Shown here one piece after another: positions 51,180 through 63,880 of a DNA stretch of 64,000 nt (the first letter of the stretch is position 1; the number at the start of each line of letters is the position of its first letter). The DNA comes from Podarcis filfolensis (Eukaryota), in NCBI GenBank assembly GCA_964270895.1, contig OZ185443.1. One strand, given 5' to 3'. Below the pieces are notes generated by a model. The model saw only the letters and a list, made by a program, of their open reading frames with translations. It was not told the origin of the DNA and did not search any database. A program made the translations under genes and the position numbers.

Positions 51180-52571
51180 TTTTGGCTTGCACGAAAGAGT
51201 GTCTAGTGTTTCCTTTGTAGGAGTATAAACTCCAGACTTCTCACCTGATTAGTGAACACAAGACGCACACACACAAAACTCTAATGTGTTCACATAATCA
51301 CTTTTTTCATGGTGTCTTGTATTTCTGTTCAGACAAAAAAGAAAAAGGGTGCCCTAAATTACATGAGGCTAGAATCAACATAAGTTTACATACTGTGGGT
51401 GGATTTATAAGACCATTTTAGAAGGGCAAATTGTCACCCAAAGCCCTCGCCATTCTGTTATAGGTAAGAGTTCTTTCTAAATGCTCTATCATATGGTGAA
51501 GTAGATAGTTAACTAAAGCTTCAATCCAAAGCACACTTACTGGGTGTAAATTCCAGTCTGCTGTTCCAGTAGACATGCTTAGCTTTGCACTGCACAGGGT
51601 GTAAATGTTTTGTTGCCAGGATATGGGGAAATAGTTGCTTTCTCTAAGGAAACAATCAGTGAGTTCTCCAAAATAATAGTATAAACTCACTGTATCTCAT
51701 TCCTCAGACATTCTCACAGTCTAGTTTGAAATTTTACATATTGAGGATGGTGCTTTGAATTACCTTAATCCACCTCATAATTACACATGAATGGGTTCCA
51801 TAGAAAGCATGGGGACCTCAGCAAATGTCACCCTAGGACAAAAAGCAAGTCCCTGTACTGGTAACTGAGAGATTGCTAAATCTGTGCAGCACTTTATTAC
51901 GCTTTAGTAATATTATAATAGTGGCTAGATTTTTATTAACCCGGTAAATTGACTTCAATTCTGTTAACCAGCATGGCTCTTGCAAGCAAAGTTTATTCTG
52001 GTTTATACATGTTTTGATTAAATTCAGAACTGATATTGAAATACTAGAATATTTTTCAAGTGCCACCGTACTGTGGAGAATGAGATCTGGGGGCATGCTG
52101 TCTCAACTGCTTCAGCATAGTTTATTACTTTGGGTTGCTATTGTGGAAGGCAAATCAAAAGCAAGCAATGTGAGTAATTTTTGTTGAAATGCTACGTTAG
52201 CACTAATGCAATATTTGTAAATGCCAGTGCCAGAGGAAACAAAATATCAGAATGGTATTCAACATCTGATTAAGTCAAGGAACATGTAATTAAATTGCTA
52301 GGAAGAATTTTTACCCCATGGAATTCTGCGGAGTTTAGAGTTAGGCTTGTGCAATGAATCTGTCATTCATATTCTTTTTTTATATATTATTATTATAAAG
52401 ACCAAGACTGGGTTATGAATAATTTGCGAACTACATTACTTTTTCAGCAAGTAGTTTGTCATAATTATTAATGGAAAGCCTGTAAATTCTCTTACTTGGA
52501 TAAGCCAGTTAATGTTCAAGGAAGCAAATAATGCACCAAGGTGTCATCTTTGTAGGAAACAAAAGTTTTTT

Positions 52572-52577
52572 AATAAA
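52572..52577 (+). promoter_or_regulatory. Candidate PRDM5 polyadenylation signal (3' UTR about 1.4 kb)
   Basis: First canonical AATAAA I found after the stop, followed by T/GT-rich sequence. Alternatives are ATTAAA at 52017 and AATAAA at 53172. True 3' end unknown. Confidence 0.3.
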
Positions 52578-53304
52578 TTTGGTTCTAGGTTGATATTCTT
52601 TCAACAGTTTTGTCTACACTACAGCTTCCTCTTTGGAGTTTGCTGCTTGTGCACCAACAAATAGGCTACAAAAGTTTTTTGAGCTGTCACAGACACAATC
52701 AGGAGGTATTTTTTGTGTCCCTTCTGTAACTGATATAGACTACTGTAAGGTAGGTCAGACATATTTTACAAGTTGCTGCTTTTGTGTAGATGTAATTTGA
52801 GATTCATTGTTCTGTCAAGTCTAGTTTGAGATCTTCATAAACGAACTTTCAGCTGTCAATTGCACTGACAGGCACACATGGGATTTCTAGTTTAAAAGGC
52901 TTATAGTAACTGACTTTATTGAATCATGTCATTTGTATTTAGCAGTTATCACTCACTCAAGCATATGGCTGTGTCAAGAATAGTCCAATCAGTTTTGCTA
53001 GTGCAAAGCCATGGAGCTCCGTGAAGCCTGAAGTATCAGTTCTGCGGCTGTACAATGAACACAACCAAATGGACTATCCAGACAGAAAGCCAGAGAAAGG
53101 AAGAGATTGGATATTGTATACTGCATAAGTCGCTCTTACAGTAAAACATGTGTGTGTGTTGTAAACGTGGAAATAAAAATCACAAGAAACAAGCACATAC
53201 ACACAATCCTGACATTCCACAAAGAGGATGCATCACTAATTAAAAGTGTAATTGACAAATGCTTTAAAAAAGTTTATTTAAGAATATAAGAAAGATGCTA
53301 TGCC

Positions 53305-53445
53305 CATTTAGTTCAGCATCACGTTCTCATGATGGTCAACCATATGCTGGTGGGAAGACCACAAGCAGGACATGAGCACCATAGCAATCTTCTGACTGGT
53401 GCTCAGAGGCATGCAGCCTCTTGATACTGGAGGTAGTGCAACTCA
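53305..53445 (-). mobile_element. Old CR1-type 3' remnant
   Basis: Reverse-complement similarity to 60655-60790; decayed. Confidence 0.45.
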
Positions 53446-56400
53446 TAGACTCTGAAAGAAAAAGAACACAAAGTCCTTCAGTGGAGTTTTCTTTGATAAT
53501 TTTTCACTAAACAAATGGTAGGCAATGTGATGCTCTCTAGATATTGTGGACTATAACTCCTATCATCCATGACCATTGGCCATGTTGGCTGGGGCTGGTA
53601 GAAGGACACCACTACCCCTTGACTACCCCTGCACTGATTATTCCAAGGCTGACCACTCCTCCACAGAGGCAGCATTCGGGAGGAACCTTTCTAATACCCT
53701 AGAGATGGCCAGTTCCAAAGGGAGATTCTGGTTTACCATAAATTAACAACCCTGCAAGTACTCATAGGACAACTTACACACTTTGGCTTAGGTGGTGGCC
53801 AGGCCTCTCTCATTAAGTTCTAACCTGTTATCACTGAATTTGTGGCAAAGTCTGGTTTGATGTTCCTTTATTGTCCTCTCTATTTCATTAAATGATGTTG
53901 GAGGTTGAAGGGATGCTCCCAGATGTGGTTTAATAAGGCAGGGATGCCTTTGTTTTTCCCGCTTTCTGCCATGAGAAGGTCACCTTCATGAATTAGAATT
54001 TATTGCAAATCAAAATGCCCCTTTTTTACTTGGTCTTTTAATTTCAAATGTAGGAGAAGCAAACAAGGGCACTTTTTTCTCTTCCTCCCCCACCGTCTTA
54101 CAACTCAGTAGTTAATGCAGTATTGAGTGTTAAGTGACACATTAAGTGTCACTTTCCCTGTTTCTTGTTAGTTCTGCTCATGTGACATTCATCTTTCAGG
54201 CAATTGAGGTGATGGTTAACCCTTGGTTATGTCTCGGGTTACAAAAAAGTGAGCTCAGAGACTTTGCATGACACGAACTCTTATCATCACCCTTCAGCGA
54301 CAAAAGAACACAGGAAGGGAACAGCCACCTAGAATGACAGAGATAGAGAGAAGCCCAGATACTCCCAGTTCCCACCGCAGATTCTATCTGAAGTAGGTGA
54401 GACTACATTCCTGTGCCTCGCGATCTGGCTCTGGCATGAGATTAGCTACCCTGAGATCAGCAAGGCACCAACAGTATGGGGGAGAGGAAGGAGGCAAAGT
54501 GAAAACCTGGATGCATTTAATGTTTGGGGAAATGGCTAACATGGAGAGACAACTGAGTGAACTGCTTTGATGCATATTTCCTTTCAAAGAGATTTATAGT
54601 GTGTGAAGTTCTGAGGCCACACCAGAGACTGCAGCTGAAAGAAGCCAGGCAAAAGACTAGGTTTGCCTGAACTGAAGCATTTTTAAAGGGGGGCATATCT
54701 ATGGAACATAGGACACACTGTTTCTTTTGGCCCTTTGAGGACCAGTTCTCCAAAACGCTTTAAGTAGCTCTGTGGATATAACCGTTATCGAGGAAGAAGT
54801 ACATCACCGGCTGTGATCATGTTTACAGTCACTGTGTCTCTGCAATGTTTCGTGCAAACAAGGCAGCTGAAAAATGTGCCATGATCACACCAATCAATGC
54901 CCGAAAGCAGCATCTGTCAGTGTGGGCAGACTTGCTGATGAGAATCCTTCCTTCATAGGACTTCATCCATGACAGACAATGTACTTTTGTACTCCAAATC
55001 TTTCATAATTTTAAACACAACTACAGCTTCTTTACAAACTTAACACTGAACACAATCTCTTGGGTACACGCAGGGCTTGCCATGTAACAATTTTGTAGCA
55101 GCAACGGGATAACTTCCCACTTTAATTGATTCCTTGACAAGAGCATTGGTCCAGCACAGTTAATGGGATAATTGGTAACATGATATTTTATGCATTCATT
55201 CATTCATTTCTTTTCTTTTTAAAAATACCCTGCCAGTAAGAATTGCTTTCAGGGCAGCCAACAACACATGATAAAGCAATTAGTAACATAAAATCAAAAG
55301 CAGTAAACAGTAGGATTAGAAACAGCAAGATTTGAAACAGATAAGCTAAAACCACAAGATAAAAACTCACCCCAGCCAACATTTAGGAAGGTGTCTTATA
55401 GAAGTCAGACTCTTGGCCCATCTAATGCAGGTTTTATCTGCACTGGCTGGGAGAATCTCAGCAGGATTTCAAACAGGGTTCTTTCCCCAGCCCTACATGA
55501 AGATGAACCTGAGTTCTTCTGTGTGCAAAGGATGGGTTCTGCCACTGAGTTAGGGCCTGGGAAAATAAAACTGTTTCCTGATGCTGAAGAGACGAGTAGG
55601 TGCCAGCAAGCAAGCATCACAACTGTCAAATGGGTGTTGGAAAGAGCAGCACTGTGTGAGAGAAGGCCTTGCTTCATAAGGCAAACCAGTGAATGCTTAA
55701 GTGCAGAGGCTTCACATTTTTATTCAAAGAAAACTGTATTTTATTATGTGGCAGGGCCCTGCTACAGCTTGGAGTGTTGTCTTTCTTACGTGCTGCCCGC
55801 AAGTACTTGAGTGGTACAAAAGGGAAAGTGTTCATTCAGGAAAGAACTGAATAAAATTAAGAAACGAGTCCACTGTGGAAAGAACTAACTAAATAAATGG
55901 TGCTCAGTTTGTTCATGTGACATTGACATATCTGTGGGTGATATTCCAAGTTAGTCATACAGGAGCCCCAATGAAATTGACAGACAGGTAATTTTAAGTC
56001 CATGGATTTCACAGGGTTTGCTCTGAGTCTGACTAACATTGGATACCACACTATAGTTATATACTGAGAGAAAGGGGGCTATAAATTCCCTTTGGATTCT
56101 GAACAGTGGAAATATGCCTGCACTATTTGCAAAAATCCAAAGATGAAAAATCAGTAGGCAGAGACTGTGGACTTTCCTCAAAGAAGGTTCTTGAATAATG
56201 GGATTGTTTTTCTTCTCTGAGGAAAGAGGCTGTGTGTTTTCAATCCACAATCTCATTTCCAGTTTAAACAGCTGTTCAAACACAACTGGAGGAAAATTTG
56301 AAGCAGGTTCTGTAGCAGCATTCTGTCAGGATTAACAGGTTACTGTGGACCTTGATCACTTTTAACTCTCTCAGTTCTATTTTTCCAATAAACTGAACAG

Positions 56401-56904
56401 ACAAATATTGCAGCCTGAAATATATCTGTTTGGAAACAGAATAATTTAAAAGTTGCAGTAACCATAAGTGGAGTGATACATTCGGGTGTCAGGGTTGGGA
56501 GTTTTTACCTTTGTTTTCTGTGTCACATGCATGCCACAAATTGTAAATATAACATATGAGAATAAAGAAGCCTCAATCCATTAGTGATCATAATATCAAT
56601 ATGCATATGTAACAGGGATTTTGTGGAATGGATCATCTTTCAGGTCCAGTAATCATCTTGTTCTGGCAGTCCTTCTGTATCTTAACATAGCAATTTGCCA
56701 ATATTCCAAATCAAACCATTGTCCCATTTAGCTCAGTATTAGCCACCTCTCCATGGTTTCAGCAAGATTTCCAGGGATTGAACCTGGAACCTTTCTTTGG
56801 GTTCAGAACCATGCATAGTCCAACGAGTGTTGCCCTTTTAATATCTCTGAAAGCATGGTCAGGTTGTTCTCCAACCACTTGTACTGAACCTGGATTCCCC
56901 CAAA

Positions 56905-57335
56905 CAATCCAATCCAATCCAATCCAAATAACTTTATTGAACTAGCCATTGGCCATGACAAATCTGACTCAAAAATAAATAGAAGCAAAAGGGGTGTAGT
57001 GCCACAAATACTGGTCTCCATTTAGATCTCTGTGTCTCCCTTGCAGTTCACTGCTATATTGTCCAGGGTTTTCTTTCTGATCTTTTTGGCCGCCAAAGCA
57101 AAAAGGGTGACTTTATGAGTCACTGAAGCATTTACATCACTAAGAAGCCATAGGGCCTTCTCTGCTGGGGAGAGACATCTTTCCTGTACGGATGGTAAGG
57201 TGAGAAATTGCCTCCTGGGTCCAATGTATAGTGGGCAATATAGCAAATAGTGCAAGATGCCTTCCACTTGCAGTTGCCCACATACACAGGGTCTGTCTTT
57301 GTATGGTACCCTGTTATATCATCCATCTAAGATGG
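56905..57335 (-). mobile_element. RTEX-like non-LTR retrotransposon 3' end
   Basis: Minus strand reads G*YNRVPYKDRPCVCGQLQVEGILHYLLYCPLYIGPRRQFL (C-terminal CCHC-type motif), then AATAAA and a (GATTG)n tail (+ strand CAATC x4 at 56905). Clade name from recall. Confidence 0.65.
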
Positions 57336-59083
57336 AGGAAGGCATAGCTTGAAAATGCAGCTCAGTAAAAGCGAATCTAAGTGAGGCTGGCTGGAGATTC
57401 GACAGGTAGCTGGCTCTAAAATGGACTGTTTTTAGAAAGAGGAACCAAGGAGGAGTGCAGTGTAGGCACTCTTTCTCCTGTCAATAACTCCTTCAGTGGT
57501 GGGAAGGAATGTGATGAAAATTCCTGCCCTTTTATATTTTGGAGCTTAATGGCCAGTGGAGAGCTCCGCAGGGAAACTGGGTCTTGTGATCATTCTTCTC
57601 ACTTTCCTTTAAAACTGATTCATGTTAGTGAATGCCACGACTACCAGAGGCTAGCAGCTTTATTCTCCTCCTCTGCAAGAAATTAAAACGGATCTACTAC
57701 ACCACCTCAGTCAGGATATGGCAGCAGTTTGAAAGCACACTGCCCTCAAAGGACCTTCTGAATTTCATTGTGAAGCCCGAGTCAAGGGTCAAGCAAAACC
57801 AGCTTGTGGTGGCCTGAGGTGTGAAAGTTAGCTGAGAGACCAAGGCAAAGATGTGTTTGAAGCAGCACCTCACCTGCATTGCACCGCAATGAAAAAATGA
57901 GAGTTCACATTCCTCTTCTTTTTCCTCTCTCTGGAAATGGAGATGATTTCAACAAGGCCTGATAATGCATTTTCAACTCCTTTGTTTTTATATGTAAGTT
58001 CGTGTAATAGCTTTCATTATTCTTTTTAGTCTTTTCCATGAACACTCAAGTCAAGGCCTGCAATATGTATTTACTTCCTTGTTTTGTTTTTTGAACTAGG
58101 TGATCATTAAAGCAGGAGAGGATATATTAAGTCTACCTTTAGGACTACAAGGACGCAATTTCGTTCTCCATCAAATTGGCTGTCGTGGTTCAAAAGCTTT
58201 CTGTGAAAAAGAAGGAGGAACCTCTGTAGTCAGACATGTCTTCCCAAAACCAGTTCAGAACAGGGCCAGGCTGGACTTGTGGAGCTCCTGTGTTTGCTCC
58301 AAATGGTTGTGGTAACAGACTTTGCTTATTGAAAAAAGCAAAGCTAGATAATGCAGCTGGCCTTGGCTGATCTTTCTCCACCCACTATCCCTCCTTGATA
58401 ACATTTTGAGAAAAACCAGAACCACAAAAATATACTTTCTCCCTGGAGCAAAAAAAAATGCATCACAGATGGCTCCTTGGGTTTATATATTCTCTTTCTG
58501 ATTTGCTGTAGGTGAATCCACAGCTGTTGTTGATTTTGTGACTAAATTGATAAGCACAGCTCAAGTGCCATTCAAGAAGTTAGAAAATATATACACATTA
58601 CATAGCCTTGGCTTTTTTTACATACATAAAAATAGATCCCTTGCCCCTCATGAATGCATTTTATATCTGAGGCCACATCTTTTAGGGTACCCATCTGAAA
58701 AAAAGGAATGATTTCATTATGTTTTATGTTCATCTACTAGGATGATTTACAAAAGTACTTAAATCATTCTTCATTTTCCTAATTAGAAAATGTTCTCTTA
58801 CCAATTCATCATTTAAGAAGCCTTTGCTGAAAATAAGTCTGTGATTGTTTTGGTGATGTAGTATATTCCTGATAGAACACTTTGTTCTGTCTTGCTGTTT
58901 TCTACATGGTTCATTGGAAGGCTCTCTCAATCTTGACTACAGAAAAATATGAACCAGGCTTCCAGAACTGCGTCGTCCTATTGATGGTTGAGATTGTGCC
59001 TGGGATAATGTGCTTCCTGTTGTCCAGCACCGCAGTGTGTAAAACTGCACAACAGCCATGCAGGGCCTGCCCTATAAAAGGTA

Positions 59084-59443
59084 AAGGTAAAGGTAAAGGG
59101 ACCCCTGACCATTAGGTCCAGTCATGGCCAACTCTGGGGTTGCGGTGCTCATCTCGCTTTATTGACCGAGGGAGCCGGCATACAGCTTCCGGGTCATGTG
59201 GCCAGCATGACTAAGCCACTTCTGGTGAACCAGAGCAGTGCACGGAAATGCCGCCGTTTACCTTCCCGCCGGAGCGGTACCTATTTATCTACTTGCACTT
59301 TGACGTGCTTTCGAACTGCTAGGTTGGCAGGAGCAGGGACTGAGCAACGGGAGCTCACTCCGTTGCAGGGATTCGAACTGCCGGCCTTCTGATCGGCAAG
59401 TCCTAGGCTCTGTGGTTTAACCCACAGCGCCACCTGCGTCCCT
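59084..59443 (-). mobile_element. Full-length Sauria SINE (Squam1)
   Basis: Minus strand GGGACGCAGGTGGCGCTGTGG (A box)...AGTTCGAATCC (B box)...(ACCTTT)n tail; 13-bp TSD CCTATAAAAGGTA at 59071-83 and 59444-56. Confidence 0.93.
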
Positions 59444-60654
59444 CCTATAAAAGGTAGAGTGAGGCAATTGTTTCAAAAGACTGATAATTCAGGTACAGCT
59501 GTAGCTGTCTCTGGCTATTCCGCCACATGGCCTCTTTTGGGCCGCCTAATCTGGCCTTGCTGCTTCAGGTGTTCTGGAGGATGCTATCCTATCACCAGCA
59601 TTGAACTAAGACTTAGCTGCCTGTCCAGTCCATCTCTGTACATGATACTGACGGGGACCATGATCTTGTCCTTTGTCTCAGGCTGCAAAATGTGAAGCCA
59701 AACCAAGCAGCAGATGAATCGTGGTGGCATTTGGAACCAGGATGTGGTAGCCAGCAGGGAGTGTAGTGGCTTGGCGGTTATCAAAGGCCTTTGCCCAGTT
59801 GTCAGCCTATCCTCAAATATGATAGGAAATGGGCATGTTGCTCATGTTCCACATTTCTCAATGATTTAGGCATAATTGTGGTAAATTCATGTTCTTCAAA
59901 ATGCCTTGCAGAAGGTCAAAATCCTAGAGTTTCCCAGTGCTTCCTTGATCTCCTTTCACTGCCTGGCCCACTGAGGACGAAGCATGTGGTCACTGTGCAG
60001 AAAGACAGTGTGGCAGACTTTCTCAATGGATGAGTCATAAGAGCAAAGGGTCTTTTCCGTAACTGCATCACACTTCACTTCACTTACCTCCTCGTGTGTC
60101 TCATATTGCATTTCCACTCAATCATCCTTTCAGCTGCTTCTTTTTACATCTTCATTTTCATCACGCTTAGGTAGTCTGAAAGGTTTCGGTATTGTTCTAA
60201 CTGGAGCTCATGCAGAAGCATGTTAATAAAGCCCCCGCCGCCGCCTGACAAGGTACACGAAGTGGAACAGTTTGGTCTGCAGCACCAATGAAAACAGATG
60301 GAAGAAACAGGGCTGTGTGTGATGTAAGATGTATCCAAATGTGGAGGATCTTGCCCATTTATCATAGGAGACTGCTGACAAACAAGTGACAGTAATGAAT
60401 GTGCCTCTTGAGATGCAATCTGGATCTCCTGTATCCGAGGAAAATCTATCCGTTGGCATGTTAGTGGCGAATAGCTGCCTTGCTTAATTGATTTCCAACT
60501 GTATCATATTAGAGGGGAGCAACAGTGAAAAACATACCACTGAATTAACTGTGCGGAATTGGTGAGTACCATCCTACCGCCTTGTCACGCAAACTGCTGA
60601 ACAGTCCATTGCAAGGGCCCTTTTTAATGGTATGCAGTGACTGGGCCAGGTTTC

Positions 60655-60790
60655 AGAGGCAGTATATCTATGGATAGCAGCTTCTGGGAGCAACCACAGT
60701 AGAGATTAAGAGCCTTTATATCCTGCTTGTCGGCTTCTCAGAAGCATCTCATTGGCCACTGCAGAAAACACGACACTGGACTGGATGGGT
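60655..60790 (+). mobile_element. Old CR1-type 3' remnant
   Basis: GCATCTCATTGGCCACTG...ACACTGGACTGGATGGG; same family as 53305-53445. Confidence 0.45.
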
Positions 60791-61374
60791 GCAGTGGATG
60801 TGATACAGCAGGGATCTTTTTGTGTTCGTTATCTGAACTAGATGTATTATTTGCTCATGAGAATTCACATGAGCTACCCGCTCAGCGGCTCTTTTAACAA
60901 TGTATGTGAATGTGGTTCTTTTTTGTACTTTTTTAAAATAAAAAAATCATGTTGCATTGAAATGCAGTTCAGACAATAATTTGCATGTTATGAAACCTCA
61001 GCACTTGTTGGTCTGCAAGTGCCCATCATGTTGTGAAACAGCAGAAAAAAACAGCCTTATGAGACTTGTGTTCTGTGTTAACACACAATTTATGCATACT
61101 TTTTTTAAAAAAGTGCATTTGTAGTGCAAAGCAATTTGGCCATACTTCTCTTTGATTCAGTAGGCTCATAAAACACAGCATGGATCTTGAATGTCATTTG
61201 TATTTGTTTAGAGTAAGGAAAGAGAGCTCAGATTTCTCAAACACATATTTGTCAAACTAATTGTTGTTGGAAATGAATAATTCACCTTTTTGTCCCAGGC
61301 ATACCATGTCAGGTCCAAGAGCTTTGGAGATGGGGTGCTTTAGATGACCTTTGTATAATCCTAATCCTAATCAT

Positions 61375-61869
61375 AATCACTTATTATTTATACCCTGCCC
61401 ATCTGGTTGGGTTTCCTCAGCCACTCTGGGTGGCTCCCAGCAGAATATTAAAAGCACAATAAAACATCAAATATTAAAAACTTCCCTAAACAGGGCTGCC
61501 TTCAGATGTCTACTAAATGTCAGATAGTTGTTTATTTCCTTGACATCTGAAGGTTGGGTGTTCCACAGGGTGGGCGCAACTACTGAGAAGGCCCTCTGCC
61601 TGGTTCCCTGTAACCTCACTTCTCGCAGGAAGAAAATCGCCAGAAGGCCCTTGGAGCTGAACCTCAGTGTCCGGGCTGAACGATGGGGGTGGAGACGCGC
61701 CTTCAGGTTACTGGGCCGAGCCCATTAAGGGCTTTAAAGGTCAGCACTGATACTTTGAATTGTGCTCAGAAACATACTGGTACAGGTCTTTCAGGACCAG
61801 TGTTATGTGGTCCCGGCGGCCACGCCCAGTCACCTGTCTAGCTGCTGCATTCTGGATTAGTTGTAGTTT
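61375..61869 (-). mobile_element. Relatively young L2 3' end (about 0.5 kb)
   Basis: Longest copy of a family seen five times in the window. A CR1 tail (TTCCAACTATACAATTCTATGATTCTAT) abuts it at about 61875-61905. Confidence 0.82.
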
Positions 61870-62463
61870 GGTGTTTCTTCCAACTATACAATTCTATGAT
61901 TCTATCAGATGGTAACTCAAATGCAGACTCTTCCTGTGTGTTTTAGAAGCAGATACAGAAGAATACCATAACTGCTTTATTCTGTGATCTGTCAGAATGA
62001 GGTAACAATAATTGAATTCGAAGCCACTTTAGCAACTGGAAATGAATAAGACAATCAAGATGAATGCATACCAAAGTGATCCGAGCCCTGGGCATTATCA
62101 TCAGCAATTCCCTGTTGTAACAGAAGGCTGCCATCTGGTTTCACATGACTTTTGCAGATCCCTGGCCCACCTTTTTCATTACTTTTACTAGAATACTAAC
62201 TCCTGTTTAGCAGCTCATCCTTTATTCAAAGGAAGTTCAAAGGAATGTAACGCAAATGTTGCTAATCCTCTGGAACTCCTGAATAACCGGGTCAAGTTCA
62301 TGGAATCACTCTTATAAGGGGCGCCGGGTACGCAAGGTATCAATTAATAGAAGGTGGGCTATCGGTAAAATAAACAGAAGAGCATGAAAACAGTAACTGA
62401 AATGGGAATTCTTTAGCTGAATTGAATGGCAGGAGTTAAGTATGAAAAATTAAAATGGGTGTC

Positions 62464-62629
62464 TGTTGCTGTTGGCATCCATCTGCCTTGAGTGGCAATG
62501 GAGTGCACTTCTGGGGGGTGACGTCTAGCCACTGCAATAGCAGCAATGAAGTGAGTGCAAGGCTGGGCAGGGTGTATGGAGGTCCTGGGCTGTACAGACA
62601 ACACGACCCTCCCACTTGGCCTCGCTGTT
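62464..62629 (-). mobile_element. Probable RTE-clade LINE 3' remnant
   Basis: TGTTGCTGTTGGCATCCATCTG...GGAGGTCCTGGGCTG...GGCCTCGCTG resembles a lizard repeat end from recall only; no ORF support. Confidence 0.35.
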
Positions 62630-62696
62630 GAGGAATGGCTGCTGTCCTTGTTACTGCTTTGCTGCATTAAGCGTGTTCTCCTTCATGGAGAGCACG

Positions 62697-63487
62697 TGTT
62701 GCAGTGGGGGCCGCCATGACACTCCAAAGTTGGGGGCGGGCTAATTGATCGTTGGCCACTGATGTGATTGGGGCTTCCCGTGTTGTTGGGAAGAAGTTAA
62801 TGTTGCCATTTGTTGATTGACAGCCAGAAATGCTAAAACTCCTTGCACGAGGCTAGGGCTTCCTCTTTTCACCCGTGCATCGGATTGCCCATCCCCCCCT
62901 CCCTAGAATTAGAGTTGTTCGCTTTGACCTTGCTATGCCTGTCATGGGATCATCTGCTCCTGGGGCAGGGGCCCAGTAGGAATTTTGTCCATCTGGCTGA
63001 TTGGCTGGGGCCATTTGGTTTTTGCCTACTGCGTAGCAAATCGTCACAACTTCTAAGGTTGCGGTTAGGCATTGGTTTATGGTTTGGTTGGTTGAGGGGC
63101 ATGGATTGGCTGTGCCTGCCCCGCTAATGCTGCTGCTGCAAGGGATTCCGTTAAAGGAATCAGGGGCTAACTATTACTTGTCCACTCTGTCAAGGGGGCT
63201 CGGGCCATAGCAATGAACTCCTGGTTGCATTTGGGGAGGACTGAGGGCAGGTTCCCTGCTCCGTCGCTACCCCCAAGTGTATTCCCCTTTTCTGACTTTC
63301 GCATCGTGTGGAATGTCAGTCTGTCCCCCATGGTGGGGGCAGATAGTCGCAACCAATGCCTAAGCAACCACTCACATTTTTGTATTTTAATAAAGTTGTG
63401 GCCAAAATTATGCCAAAAACCTTAAACAAAAAATTCTGTGTGATGTGTGAGTTATTGGGGTGGCCCTGGGGACCTCGACACGCAACT
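62697..63487 (+). mobile_element. LTR-like element (about 790 bp)
   Basis: Starts TGTTGC and ends GCAAC(T); AATAAA at 63389; several ATTGG boxes; GC/CpG-rich; purine-rich GGAGAG just upstream. No matching TSD. Confidence 0.5.
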
Positions 63488-63880
63488 GCCAAATTGTGGG
63501 AATTTTTACCATGGGGTGAACTGGAGGGAGTGTCAAGGAGAGCAATTTGTGAGTCAGTTGGATAACAGTGCGAGTTACTATGATACGTATTTACTGGCAA
63601 GCACCTTACTGACCTTTGGAGCCTTGTGATTTCTTTTCCATTGAGATATTTGGCCATATGTGGAGTGCAAATGTCACAGGCCTTAAGCATTTGTCCAGAT
63701 GCACCCATATTCAAGGGTAAAAAGGGACTATTGCAACAGCACTGCTCACTTGGTAAGAATCAATGGGGGTTGGTAAAGCAAGATGCAGAACTGAATTGAA
63801 CTTTATGCTAGTAGCATGGAGGCCCACTCAAACTGTGCCCTATTGCAGAATGCAACTATCCGAGAGAAGAACCTTTGCAT

